Below are positions 1-8,412 of a stretch of 32,000 nucleotides of DNA, piece after piece (the stretch's first letter is position 1; the number at the start of each line of letters is the position of its first letter). The DNA is taken from the NCBI RefSeq assembly GCF_014396165.1, contig NZ_CP060715.1:1170001-1202000 (forward strand), given 5' to 3'. The notes beneath the pieces were generated by a model that was not told the origin of the DNA, did not search any database, and was given only the letters and a program-made list of their open reading frames with translations. A program made the position numbers and the translations under genes. Origin of the DNA: Erysipelothrix inopinata (GTDB taxonomy: Bacteria; Bacillota_I; Bacilli_A; Erysipelotrichales; Erysipelotrichaceae).

Positions 1-282
1 CTTCTGGGAGTACCTGTTGAATATATGGTCTACGACTATATTTTGACTAATACGGCTCGTAAGAATAAGAATATTGCTTATTGGAATAAGTTTTATGGAA
101 TTACTAAAGACATTTCAACGGCTAATACACTCTATGGTATTTTTGCAGCTGTGGATGACTTTATCATTGCATCTATAAACGAAATTATGACCCACTATGG
201 TGGATTTGAAAGCTATGTTCTGAACGAACTTGGATTAACATTCGAAGAAGTGACGAAAATTCGTAGTAATTTCTTAGAATAA
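1..282 (+). CDS. C-terminal fragment of a protein-tyrosine-phosphatase-family protein (5' end lies outside the window)
   Basis: Frame 1 is open from base 1 (LLGVPVEYMVYDYILTN...) and stops at TAA 280-282. The LGVP.E.I..DY.LTN stretch resembles the segment just after the catalytic loop of bacterial Y_phosphatase3-type enzymes. The CX5R loop itself is not in the window, so the family call is tentative. Confidence 0.5.
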   Translation, partial: LLGVPVEYMVYDYILTNTARKNKNIAYWNKFYGITKDISTANTLYGIFAAVDDFIIASINEIMTHYGGFESYVLNELGLTFEEVTKIRSNFLE

Positions 283-289
283 TATTTAA

Positions 290-315
290 GCTCTACGAAG
301 AAACGTAGGGCTTTT
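290..315 (+). terminator. Rho-independent terminator after the phosphatase-like gene
   Basis: Stem GCTCTACG / CGTAGGGC (one G-U pair), loop AAGAAA, followed by TTTT. Confidence 0.6.
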
Positions 316-374
316 AAAATGAAATTTGTAAATATACTTGTATGATATACTATTAAAAAAGAGGAGGTGTGAGG

Positions 375-2243
375 ATGTTAGAAATCAATGAACGGAATGT
401 CAATTTACTTTCTTGTGTTCTTAAAGATGAAGAAGTAAGCTTAAAGCAACTTGAAGAAAAATTAGATTTATCGTCTAAAACAATTCAAAAAGAAATAAAC
501 AATATTAATCATTATTTTCATTCCATTCATCGTGCGATAACAATTAATAATCAATCAAATATCATTTCAATTACATATGAAGGAGAAATAGGTTGCTCAC
601 AAAAACAACAACTTCGAAATGAAATTAATACTCTTAGTGACATTCCTCACCTTCAAAAAGTGAATACGAGAATTCTGGATATGATTTGGTATCTGCTACG
701 AGACGAAGGTTATGTACGGTCTGAAAACTTGATCGAACAGTTTGCAATCTCGAACTCGACATTAACTGCCTCTTTACGGCAAATTAGGCAAATATTTGTG
801 AAGTATGATCTTTACATTGACTCAACACCTTATTATGGAATGCAAGTGAGAGGACCGAAAATATCTAGAATTGCTTGTTTATTAGATTATTGTGATTTAT
901 ATTCTGAACAAGATAATCTCTTCTTTGAATCTATGACTAAAAAGTATTTTGAACAAAGTGTCCACCAAGTCAGCAATAAGCATCGTATAGTTCATGCTAT
1001 GAATAAAGAATTGCATCTTAATCTCAATGAAGATGGATTTCAAATGATTAATCGTGTTATTCCAATAATTGAATTTTTAAAAGATGTCGAAGATGACTCT
1101 TTTGAATGCAATTGGATTAATCCAATTTATCATGATGAAGTGATTCGTTTCATTCATGAAAATGAAAGTCTGGAGACAATTATAAGTACTGAGCAAGAAG
1201 TTTTGTATCTACTTATTTTTATCCTTATGTATCATGATATAAGTCTTGGAAAAGAAAAACTTATTACAGAAAAGTTTTCTACAGATTGCCATGTCATCTT
1301 GAAGTATTTAGATAAACAAGTATATGATCAAACAGGTGTTTCATTAATTGGAAACCAGCAAATTGAAGATATTGTTATTTCAACAATTATTAGGATTACA
1401 ATGAATACACGTTATCAAATTAAAAGATACCATGCATCAAATCAAGCACTAGATATGATACAGTCCTTTCCAGGATCGAAAGCATTGGCTCTATCAATAA
1501 TATATCAACTCTATCCTAATTCAGGAGATTCAATCATTTCCGATCTAATTTTTGCACTCTATAACGTTATATTAAAGGTCCCAAATCATTATGAAAAAAC
1601 ATCTGCATTGTTAATTAATAGATTTAACAATCTCGCTGTGAATTCAGTAATAGAAAAGCTTGCTTTGGATAAGTATAACGTAAGTTACACAATTATTTCC
1701 CCATCAGAAATATTTACACAAGACTTAAAGCAGTTTGACTATATCTTTAATATAGGAGATCAGCTTGTAACTTTAGGAGCTGAACAAGACAAAGTATTTG
1801 AAATTCCATATCTGGTTGAAGCAGAGTCGAAGAAAAAGGTATGGGAGCAATTAGCTATCAAACAAAGAAGTCAACAATTTTTAGAAGATAGATATCAAGT
1901 TGCTTGTATTGAAAAAGTAAAAGAATTGAAGAATAATGTGCTTTCAAAAATACTATTTGAATCACTAATGGATCTTAATTTATATACGGAACTTGACTAC
2001 ATTAAATTAATGGTAAAATATGCATTTAGTAACACAACCAACCATGAAACGTTATTACTCATGTTTGATGCGAGAGTTGAAGAAAAGCTGAATCTTAAAT
2101 ATATTATCGTTGACGAAAAAAATATGAGCCATTATGTCCATATTATGATCTTGCCTGTCTTTAATAAACTAACAATTATTAAACAATCTGATTCAATTGT
2201 TCGCCGAATTCAAAGTGGTGAAATTTCTATCGTAAGTAAATAA
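375..2243 (+). CDS. Mga/BglG-like HTH transcriptional regulator (PRD-type, tentative)
   Basis: GAGGAGG at 361-367 precedes the ATG at 375; the track start at 369 is a GTG. The N-terminal winged-HTH-like segment is VSLKQLEEKLDLSSKTIQKEINNIN. A second HTH-like segment is VRSENLIEQFAISNSTLTASLRQIRQIF. A long helical region follows, at the overall size (622 aa) of LicR/MtlR/Mga-type regulators. The gene lies 10 nt upstream of a glycosidase gene. Confidence 0.6.
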   Translation: MLEINERNVNLLSCVLKDEEVSLKQLEEKLDLSSKTIQKEINNINHYFHSIHRAITINNQSNIISITYEGEIGCSQKQQLRNEINTLSDIPHLQKVNTRILDMIWYLLRDEGYVRSENLIEQFAISNSTLTASLRQIRQIFVKYDLYIDSTPYYGMQVRGPKISRIACLLDYCDLYSEQDNLFFESMTKKYFEQSVHQVSNKHRIVHAMNKELHLNLNEDGFQMINRVIPIIEFLKDVEDDSFECNWINPIYHDEVIRFIHENESLETIISTEQEVLYLLIFILMYHDISLGKEKLITEKFSTDCHVILKYLDKQVYDQTGVSLIGNQQIEDIVISTIIRITMNTRYQIKRYHASNQALDMIQSFPGSKALALSIIYQLYPNSGDSIISDLIFALYNVILKVPNHYEKTSALLINRFNNLAVNSVIEKLALDKYNVSYTIISPSEIFTQDLKQFDYIFNIGDQLVTLGAEQDKVFEIPYLVEAESKKKVWEQLAIKQRSQQFLEDRYQVACIEKVKELKNNVLSKILFESLMDLNLYTELDYIKLMVKYAFSNTTNHETLLLMFDARVEEKLNLKYIIVDEKNMSHYVHIMILPVFNKLTIIKQSDSIVRRIQSGEISIVSK

Positions 2244-2252
2244 AGGAAAACT

Positions 2253-3884
2253 ATGACAATTAAAAAAGAAAATATAACGATTTACCAAATATACCCAAAG
2301 TCTTTTCAAGATTCAAATGGAGATGGAATTGGTGATATAAATGGAATTATTCAACGATTAGATTACATTCAAGATCTCGGAGTAGATATGATCTGGTTGA
2401 CTCCAGTTTTTATATCTCCCATGAAAGATAACGGTTACGATGTTGCTGATTATCGCAATATTAATCCCTTATTTGGATCAATGGAAGATTTTGATAGGCT
2501 GGTATTAGAGGCCAAAAAACGTAATATTGAGATAATGCTAGATATGGTTTTTAATCATACATCTACTGATCATTATTGGTTTAAAGAAGCAATCAATGGA
2601 AATAAAAAGTACAAAGACTATTATATTTTTTCTGACCATAAAACAAATTGGAAATCAAAATTTGGTGGAAGTTGCTGGGAATATGTAGAATCTATGAACC
2701 AGTACTATCTTCATCTTTTCGATGTAACCCAAGCTGATTTAAACTGGGAAAACCCAAATGTAAGGCAAGAATTATACGATATTGTTAACTTTTGGATTAG
2801 TAAAGGAGTTCGTGGTTTTCGATTTGATGTTGTAAACCTCATCTCTAAACCAGAAATTTTTGAGGATGATTATGAAGGAGATGGACGAAGATTTTATACC
2901 GATGGTCCTAAGATACATGAATACCTTAGAGAACTAAATAAAGAAACATTTGGAAAGTATTCCGACATCGTAACTGTTGGGGAAATGTCTTCTACAAATC
3001 TCAAGGACTGTGCATTATATTCAAATTCTGAACATACAGAACTATCAATGATATTTAGCTTTCACCACCTTAAGGTTGATTATAAAGACGGCCAAAAATG
3101 GGAATTAGATGCATTTGAACCTAAGAAATTATTTGATATGTGGCGCACATGGCAAATTGACTTAAATATAAATTCTGGATGGAATGCCCTATTTCTAAAT
3201 AATCATGATCAACCGCGATCAGTATCACGATTTGGGAGTCAAAAATACCATAGTGAATCATCAAAGGCAATCGCAACAGCACTATTTTTGATGAAGGGAA
3301 CACCATTTATTTATCAAGGAGAAGAAATTGGGCTGCCAAATGCCCACTATAATAAACTAGATATGTTTAAGGATGTAGAATCATTGAATTATATTAGTAG
3401 CAATTCCTATGTGAAATCGAAAGAGAATATGTTAGAGATTCTAAATCAGAGATCTCGCGATAATGGACGTACACCGATGATATGGGACAAAACATCTCGC
3501 AAAGGATTTAGTTCTAATATGCCATGGCTTGACTATACATTATCTGAGCATGCGGTGTCTGTAAAAGAATCAATTCATGATCAAAATTCAATCTTAGCAT
3601 ACTATAAAAAGATTATTGCTTTTCGAAAATGTTCTAAAGTAATCCAAGAAGGGGATATCAAATTTTTGGAACTTGAAAATCCCAATGTATTTGTCTATGA
3701 AAGAATACTAGAAAATGAGACGTATCGTGTCATTACCAGTTTCTCAAAAGAAATTGAAAATTATAATTCAGATGTTTCAGAATTTGAAGTAGTAATCAGT
3801 AACTATGAAACAAATACCTTGTCAAATATAAGCCAATTGCTGCCATTTATGACCTTGGTGTTAAAAAAGAATCACTGTAATTAA
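2253..3884 (+). CDS. GH13 alpha-glucosidase (oligo-1,6-glucosidase / phospho-alpha-glucosidase type)
   Basis: Classic GH13 regions are present: YQIYPKSFQDSNGDGIGDINGI, DMVFNHTS, GFRFDVVNLISK (nucleophile Asp), VGEM (acid/base Glu) and FLNNHDQPR. Confidence 0.9.
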   Translation: MTIKKENITIYQIYPKSFQDSNGDGIGDINGIIQRLDYIQDLGVDMIWLTPVFISPMKDNGYDVADYRNINPLFGSMEDFDRLVLEAKKRNIEIMLDMVFNHTSTDHYWFKEAINGNKKYKDYYIFSDHKTNWKSKFGGSCWEYVESMNQYYLHLFDVTQADLNWENPNVRQELYDIVNFWISKGVRGFRFDVVNLISKPEIFEDDYEGDGRRFYTDGPKIHEYLRELNKETFGKYSDIVTVGEMSSTNLKDCALYSNSEHTELSMIFSFHHLKVDYKDGQKWELDAFEPKKLFDMWRTWQIDLNINSGWNALFLNNHDQPRSVSRFGSQKYHSESSKAIATALFLMKGTPFIYQGEEIGLPNAHYNKLDMFKDVESLNYISSNSYVKSKENMLEILNQRSRDNGRTPMIWDKTSRKGFSSNMPWLDYTLSEHAVSVKESIHDQNSILAYYKKIIAFRKCSKVIQEGDIKFLELENPNVFVYERILENETYRVITSFSKEIENYNSDVSEFEVVISNYETNTLSNISQLLPFMTLVLKKNHCN

Positions 3885-3910
3885 TCTTTTTATTCGACTA
3901 AATTAAAGTT

Positions 3911-3935
3911 AAAAAGGCTAGTATTTAGCCTTTTT
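3911..3935. terminator. Bidirectional terminator between convergent genes
   Basis: AAAAAGGCTA-gtatt-TAGCCTTTTT: a hairpin flanked by an A-run and a T-run, sitting between the stop codons at 3884 (+) and 3938 (-). Confidence 0.6.
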
Positions 3936-3937
3936 AA

Positions 3938-4612
3938 TCATTTCTTTAATTGAAGTGGTTTATTTTTCTCTAGCTTAGAATCTAGACCATAGATACCATA
4001 TCCTAGTGCTATAAAAAATACGAGAAGAATAATGATGGTCGTGAACACCTTCAATGGAGAATGAAGTGTTAAGTCCATAAATCCATATGGATAGAAATCT
4101 CCATCCCAGTAAGGTATTTCTGTATGCTGCAATGCTACAATATTTGCCCAAGTAAAATAAATAAGAGGAATACCTGTCCATAAGATAGGATCGATCGGTT
4201 TGTAAATTCCTTTTTTATCAAAAATTAACCAGTGAGCGATAACCATTATAGGAACAATATAGTGAGTGATAAGATTGAAGATATCAGCATCAATTGTGTA
4301 AAAAGGTCCATCGTAGACGATAAAATGATAGATTAGAAAAGTAACTGTAATGCAAAGAGTTACTGCACCCTTTGCTCGTGGAAATAAAAATAACGAATCA
4401 GGAAATGATTCTTTTTTTATTGTAAAGTAGATCCCGCGAATGGCAGCAATTAAGAAATATATAAAGCAAATGAGACCACTTACTGAAGTGTAAAAGATAG
4501 GGGGTTTAAAGTTTCCAGCAGAAATTCCAAGTGAGTTATTGAGACCGATAGCCGCAATTAATAGATAAACTATTATATATATTAAGTTAGTATTAGATAC
4601 GTTTTTTTTCAT
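3938..4612 (-). CDS. Integral membrane protein, about 6 TM, unknown function
   Basis: Highly hydrophobic 224-aa product with about six predicted helices. GAAGGGA precedes the ATG at 4612; the track start at 4627 is a TTG. No family was recognised with confidence. Confidence 0.65.
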   Translation of the reverse strand: MKKNVSNTNLIYIIVYLLIAAIGLNNSLGISAGNFKPPIFYTSVSGLICFIYFLIAAIRGIYFTIKKESFPDSLFLFPRAKGAVTLCITVTFLIYHFIVYDGPFYTIDADIFNLITHYIVPIMVIAHWLIFDKKGIYKPIDPILWTGIPLIYFTWANIVALQHTEIPYWDGDFYPYGFMDLTLHSPLKVFTTIIILLVFFIALGYGIYGLDSKLEKNKPLQLKK

Positions 4613-4702
4613 AGTACATCCCTTCAATAATTTATTACTTATGAAGTATATGGGGAAATACTTTGAATGTCAAATTAATTACCTTTATATTTATGGGCCA
4701 TT

Positions 4703-4718
4703 TTTGACCTAGGTCAAA
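4703..4718. promoter_or_regulatory. Perfect 16-bp palindrome TTTGACCTAGGTCAAA (TTGAC-N4-GTCAA), candidate Crp/Fnr-family operator
   Basis: The sequence is exactly self-complementary. It has FNR-type 5-N4-5 geometry and overlaps a possible -35 (TTGACC), with GATTAT 18 nt downstream. It lies about 50 nt upstream of the operon that ends in a Crp/Fnr gene. Confidence 0.5.
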
Positions 4719-4768
4719 TACTTATTCGATTATGCTTGCTAAACTATAACCATAAGGAGGTCATCATT

Positions 4769-4984
4769 ATGACTAAAAAGACATTTCAAATGGAAACAAT
4801 TTCATGCCCAAGTTGCATTATGAAGATTGAGGGAGCGCTTAAAAGATTAGATGGTATCGAAGAATCAGAGGTATTATTCAACAGTTCCCGAGTGAAAGTA
4901 GATTTTGATGAAACAAAACTTACTTCAGATGAGATTAAGAATAGTATTGAGAAAATTGGATACAAAGTTATTTCTGAAAAATAA
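4769..4984 (+). CDS. Heavy-metal-associated (HMA) domain metallochaperone, CopZ-like
   Basis: AAGGAGG sits 7 nt before the ATG at 4769. The 71-aa product has a C-P-S-C metal-binding motif (METISCPSCIMKIEGAL) in the standard HMA position of the beta-alpha-beta-beta-alpha-beta fold. Confidence 0.85.
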   Translation: MTKKTFQMETISCPSCIMKIEGALKRLDGIEESEVLFNSSRVKVDFDETKLTSDEIKNSIEKIGYKVISEK

Positions 4985-5007
4985 AGTCAAAGTAGGTGGA
5001 GGATAGT

Positions 5008-6855
5008 ATGCAAAAAATAAACCAAAGGAAGACTCACATTATGATTGGATCTTTTATTCTAATTATTCTTGGGTTTACATCTAAAGTTATTTTTAAATCA
5101 AAATCAGGATTTGAACTCTTTATGGGCTTAGCCGCAATCATAGCAATTACACCCATCTTTATACAAGCCATCCAGGCACTTAAAGTCAGAGTTGTGAGTA
5201 TTGATGTATTGGTTTCTATTGCCGTAATTGCGGCATTAATCATACAAAATTATGAAGAAGCTGCGATAGTACCGTTCCTCTTCCTATTTGGTGATTATCT
5301 CGAAAAAAAGACATTAAAAAAAGCACGGTCTGCGATTGAAGAATTGTTGTTAATGAGTCCAAAGACCGCGCTACGATATTTTGATGGAAATGTTGAAGAA
5401 GTGAGTATTGAAGATGTTAAAGTTGGAGATCAATTACTTGTTAAAACGGGTTCAATGATACCTGTTGATGGAATCATTATTCAAGGCGATACTCATGTTG
5501 ATGAATCGAGCATCACAGGGGAATCGATACCACACTATAAAGAGGTGGATTCTCGCGTATTTGCTGGAACACTTGCAATTGATGGAACGATTCAAATGAA
5601 AGCAACGCAAGTTGGAGATGATACAGTTTTTGGAAAAGTTATCGAAATGGTTATAGATGCTCAGGATTCTAAGTCAGAAGTTGAACGTTTTATTGATCGT
5701 TTCTCAAAGTACTATACACCGACAGTACTGGCAATTTCACTTCTTGTAGGTATCATTACTAGAAATTTAGAACTTGCTGTGACGATACTAGTATTGGGCT
5801 GTCCTGGTGCTTTAGTTATAGGCGTTCCTGTATCAAGTGTGTCAGGAATTGGAAACGCTGCGAAACATGGCGTTCTTGTAAAAGGAAGCGAAGTTTTTAC
5901 CAGATTATCGAAAGCTGATGTTGTTATTTTTGACAAAACAGGGACCTTAACTACCGGAAAACCATTTGTAGACAGAAATATTTATTATATCGATACTCCA
6001 AAATATAGAGAATACATTGCTATGATTGAATCACAATCAACACACCCCTTAGCGCAAGCAATCGTTAATGAGATTGGTTTAAGTAAGCCCTTAATGAATG
6101 TTGATACGATTTCACATGCGGGTCGTGGATTTGAAGGAAACATTGATGGTGAGCGAATACTCGTCGGTAACCAAAGTTTGATAGCGTCTAATTATGAAAT
6201 TCCTAATCATATCTTGGATGATATTAAAGCCTTTCGAGAAGAAGGATGCTCTATTGTATTGGCCTCTGTTAATGAAAGTATCGTAGCCTTGTTTGGCTTG
6301 AAAGATACAATAAGAACAGAAAGTAAGAAACAAATTCGAGCATTACATAAGTTAGGTGTTGCAAAGACTGTCATTCTATCCGGAGATCATCAAAGAGCTG
6401 TCACAGCTGTTCAAGAAGAATTAGGAATCGATGAGAGTATTGCTGAATTATTACCAAATGAAAAATCAGATATCGTTAAGAAATATCAGAATGAAGGATA
6501 TAATGTTGTATTTATTGGCGATGGTATCAATGATAGCCCTTCTCTAGCGTTAGCAGATATTGGAATTGCCATGGGACTAGGAAGTGATATAGCTATTGAG
6601 ACGGCAGATGCTGTACTAATGAATTCAAAACTTGAAACGTTGTCCCACGCCTTTGGGTTATCGAAAGCTGTGACAAGAAACATGGTAGAAAATATTATAA
6701 TTGCAATAGGAATCGTTATTTTCCTATTAATAAGTCTTATCTTTAGTGAATGGATGAATATGGCATTAGGAATGCTGATTCATGAGGGAAGTATTCTGAT
6801 AGTTATTCTCAATGGCATGCGCTTGTTAAAGTATGACAACAACAAGTATAATTAA
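5008..6855 (+). CDS. P1B-type heavy-metal-translocating P-type ATPase without a fused metal-binding domain
   Basis: GGTGGAGG precedes the ATG at 5008. Motifs present: SITGES (TGE), FDKTGTLT (phosphorylation site), STHPLAQ (P1B HP motif) and GDGINDSPSLA (hinge). The membrane CPx position reads GCPGAL and the last TM carries HEGS. Six to eight TM helices, with no N-terminal HMA domain. Confidence 0.9.
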   Translation: MQKINQRKTHIMIGSFILIILGFTSKVIFKSKSGFELFMGLAAIIAITPIFIQAIQALKVRVVSIDVLVSIAVIAALIIQNYEEAAIVPFLFLFGDYLEKKTLKKARSAIEELLLMSPKTALRYFDGNVEEVSIEDVKVGDQLLVKTGSMIPVDGIIIQGDTHVDESSITGESIPHYKEVDSRVFAGTLAIDGTIQMKATQVGDDTVFGKVIEMVIDAQDSKSEVERFIDRFSKYYTPTVLAISLLVGIITRNLELAVTILVLGCPGALVIGVPVSSVSGIGNAAKHGVLVKGSEVFTRLSKADVVIFDKTGTLTTGKPFVDRNIYYIDTPKYREYIAMIESQSTHPLAQAIVNEIGLSKPLMNVDTISHAGRGFEGNIDGERILVGNQSLIASNYEIPNHILDDIKAFREEGCSIVLASVNESIVALFGLKDTIRTESKKQIRALHKLGVAKTVILSGDHQRAVTAVQEELGIDESIAELLPNEKSDIVKKYQNEGYNVVFIGDGINDSPSLALADIGIAMGLGSDIAIETADAVLMNSKLETLSHAFGLSKAVTRNMVENIIIAIGIVIFLLISLIFSEWMNMALGMLIHEGSILIVILNGMRLLKYDNNKYN

Positions 6856-6877
6856 GGTATAAAGTGAGGGTGATTTA

Positions 6878-7558
6878 ATGAGTTCATGTAATCATAAACC
6901 AAAGAGCTGTGTTGAAATAGTTCCTATTTTTGACGGATTGAATGCAGACGAATTAATGGAAATTGTTAATATAGCTCATGCTAAGCGATTTGAAAAAGGA
7001 ACAATGATCTATTCAATGGGAGATATTAATCACGCCTTGTATGTTTTGTATGAAGGTAAAATTAAAATTACCCGAACTAATAGTTCAGGAAAAGAACAAG
7101 TAATTCGAGTTTTAGGACCCGGAGAATTTTTAGGTGAGTTTGCTTTGTTCAGTGAAATGGAACTTAATGAAAATGCTGAAGTAATTGAAACTGCAACAGT
7201 ATGCGTTATCCAATCAGATGAGTTTAGAAAGATGGTTGAGAAACATCCATCAATCTCTTTTAAAATATTTGATGTTCTAAGTCGCCGTCTTGAAAAAGCG
7301 GAACAAACAATTGAAGATATTAGTCTGAAATCTGTCAACCAAAGAATATCAGAAATGCTTCTCAAATTATTTGATGAAGAAGACACGGTTAAATTACCGA
7401 TGAATAAAGGGGATATCGCATCACAACTCGGAATGAGTAAAGAAAGCTTCAGTCGAAAACTTACAGAATTAGAGAATATGGGAATCATCAAACAAAGACC
7501 ACAAAAAATGATCCATCTCAAAGACAGATCAAACTTAGAGCGCTTGTTAGAAAGTTAG
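6878..7558 (+). CDS. Crp/Fnr-family transcriptional regulator (FNR-like protein, Flp type)
   Basis: N-terminal cNMP-binding-like beta-roll (IYSMGD...GEFLGEFALF) and C-terminal HTH (GDIASQLGMSKESFSRKLTELENMGII). Cysteines at 4, 11 and 109. The gene lies 22 nt after the ATPase stop. Confidence 0.85.
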   Translation: MSSCNHKPKSCVEIVPIFDGLNADELMEIVNIAHAKRFEKGTMIYSMGDINHALYVLYEGKIKITRTNSSGKEQVIRVLGPGEFLGEFALFSEMELNENAEVIETATVCVIQSDEFRKMVEKHPSISFKIFDVLSRRLEKAEQTIEDISLKSVNQRISEMLLKLFDEEDTVKLPMNKGDIASQLGMSKESFSRKLTELENMGIIKQRPQKMIHLKDRSNLERLLES

Positions 7559-8313
7559 CGTTCATCGACTACGAACATAAAAGTAGTTTTGTAGTGATTT
7601 CCGAACTGAAAATTATCATTTATATCGAAAACTTTAAACGAGTGAGGTAAGAAACCAAACTCGTTTTTAAATTTGCCCAAAAAGTTTTCCACTAATTCCT
7701 CAAACACATCATATGAACCATCAATTAAATATATAGAATGATAGTTCATTTGGGGAGAAGTATTAATTTTCTCCACAATTAAAACTTCTTGTTCATTACT
7801 TGTAGTATTAAGTGCAAAACCTAATATCCAAGTTAAAACTTTGAAAGAAGCTGTTGTTTCTTTTTCCATGTTTCTCAACATTTCGTACATTTGCTCATCA
7901 TCGCTATACGATTTGCGAACAAGTTCAAGCACTGGAAGTTTGTAGTCTAGTATAAAAACTTGCTTCGGAAGCTCACTCTGTAGTTGATTGAAGAATTCTC
8001 TTGCCTCGATCATTGCTTTGGTCGTTTCTAGTGCAAAAATCGAAGCGTCAATAGAATTTTTCAAATCGAAAAGCGAGTCTGTCTTGCCATTCCTAATTTC
8101 AGCAATTGCTTGAAGAGGGAGTTGCATATCTCTTAAAGCTTTGATGTATAAAAAGTCTTGAACTTGATTGACTGAGTAATATCGGTAGCCATTATTTGCG
8201 CGTTTAACAGGCTTAAAGAGCCCTATCTCATCGTAATGCAATAAAGTTTCACGAGTAGTCTCCACTAATTTTTGAAATTCAGAAATGGTTAGTAATTTTG
8301 CGATAGGGATCAC
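7555..8313 (-). CDS. MerR-family transcriptional regulator with a C-terminal effector-binding domain
   Basis: The N-terminal MerR HTH is LLTISEFQKLVETTRETLLHYDEIGLFKPVKRANNGYRYYSVNQV. It is followed by a coiled-coil linker and a roughly 140-aa C-terminal domain (GyrI-like fold suspected, not verified). Confidence 0.85.
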   Translation of the reverse strand: MIPIAKLLTISEFQKLVETTRETLLHYDEIGLFKPVKRANNGYRYYSVNQVQDFLYIKALRDMQLPLQAIAEIRNGKTDSLFDLKNSIDASIFALETTKAMIEAREFFNQLQSELPKQVFILDYKLPVLELVRKSYSDDEQMYEMLRNMEKETTASFKVLTWILGFALNTTSNEQEVLIVEKINTSPQMNYHSIYLIDGSYDVFEELVENFLGKFKNEFGFLPHSFKVFDINDNFQFGNHYKTTFMFVVDER

Positions 8314-8362
8314 CTCTTTTCTAAAGGTATTATAAGAGATTTTGATAAATAATCATATACTC

Positions 8363-8393
8363 TTGACTCGAGGGTTACCCTTGAGCATATTAT
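8363..8393 (+). promoter_or_regulatory. MerR-type promoter: -35 TTGACT, 19-bp spacer containing an inverted repeat, -10 TATTAT
   Basis: TTGACT lies at 8363-8368 and TATTAT at 8388-8393. The 19-bp spacer is typical of MerR-activated promoters. The spacer holds CTCGAGGGTTACCCTTGAG, an imperfect dyad with core AGGGT-T-ACCCT. The promoter faces the GNAT gene and is divergent from merR. Confidence 0.55.
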
Positions 8394-8412
8394 TTTTATG
8401 GAGGTAGTACAT

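Noticed and set aside
7030-7521. 163-aa antisense ORF inside the Crp/Fnr gene
   Set aside because: It is fully nested antisense to a well-supported gene, has no SD, and has serine/leucine-rich composition typical of shadow ORFs. The same applies to the other nested or antisense track ORFs: 3121-3306, 3975-4181, 5034-5243, 5712-5936, 6112-6333, 6486-6683, 9221-9532, 11116-11316, 11932-12204, 12632-12832, 16931-17131, 18132-18359, 19339-19530, 20620-20904, 20933-21244, 21191-21379, 22135-22398, 22759-23034, 23636-24082, 24419-24610, 25747-26034, 26359-26655, 27319-27504, 27594-27875, 28100-28378, 29290-29580, 30467-30763 and 31749-31955.
7555-7558. Overlapping stop codons of the convergent flp-like and merR genes (TTAG)
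   Set aside because: The overlap is real but trivial. It only shows that no terminator separates the two genes, and nothing suggests a functional element.
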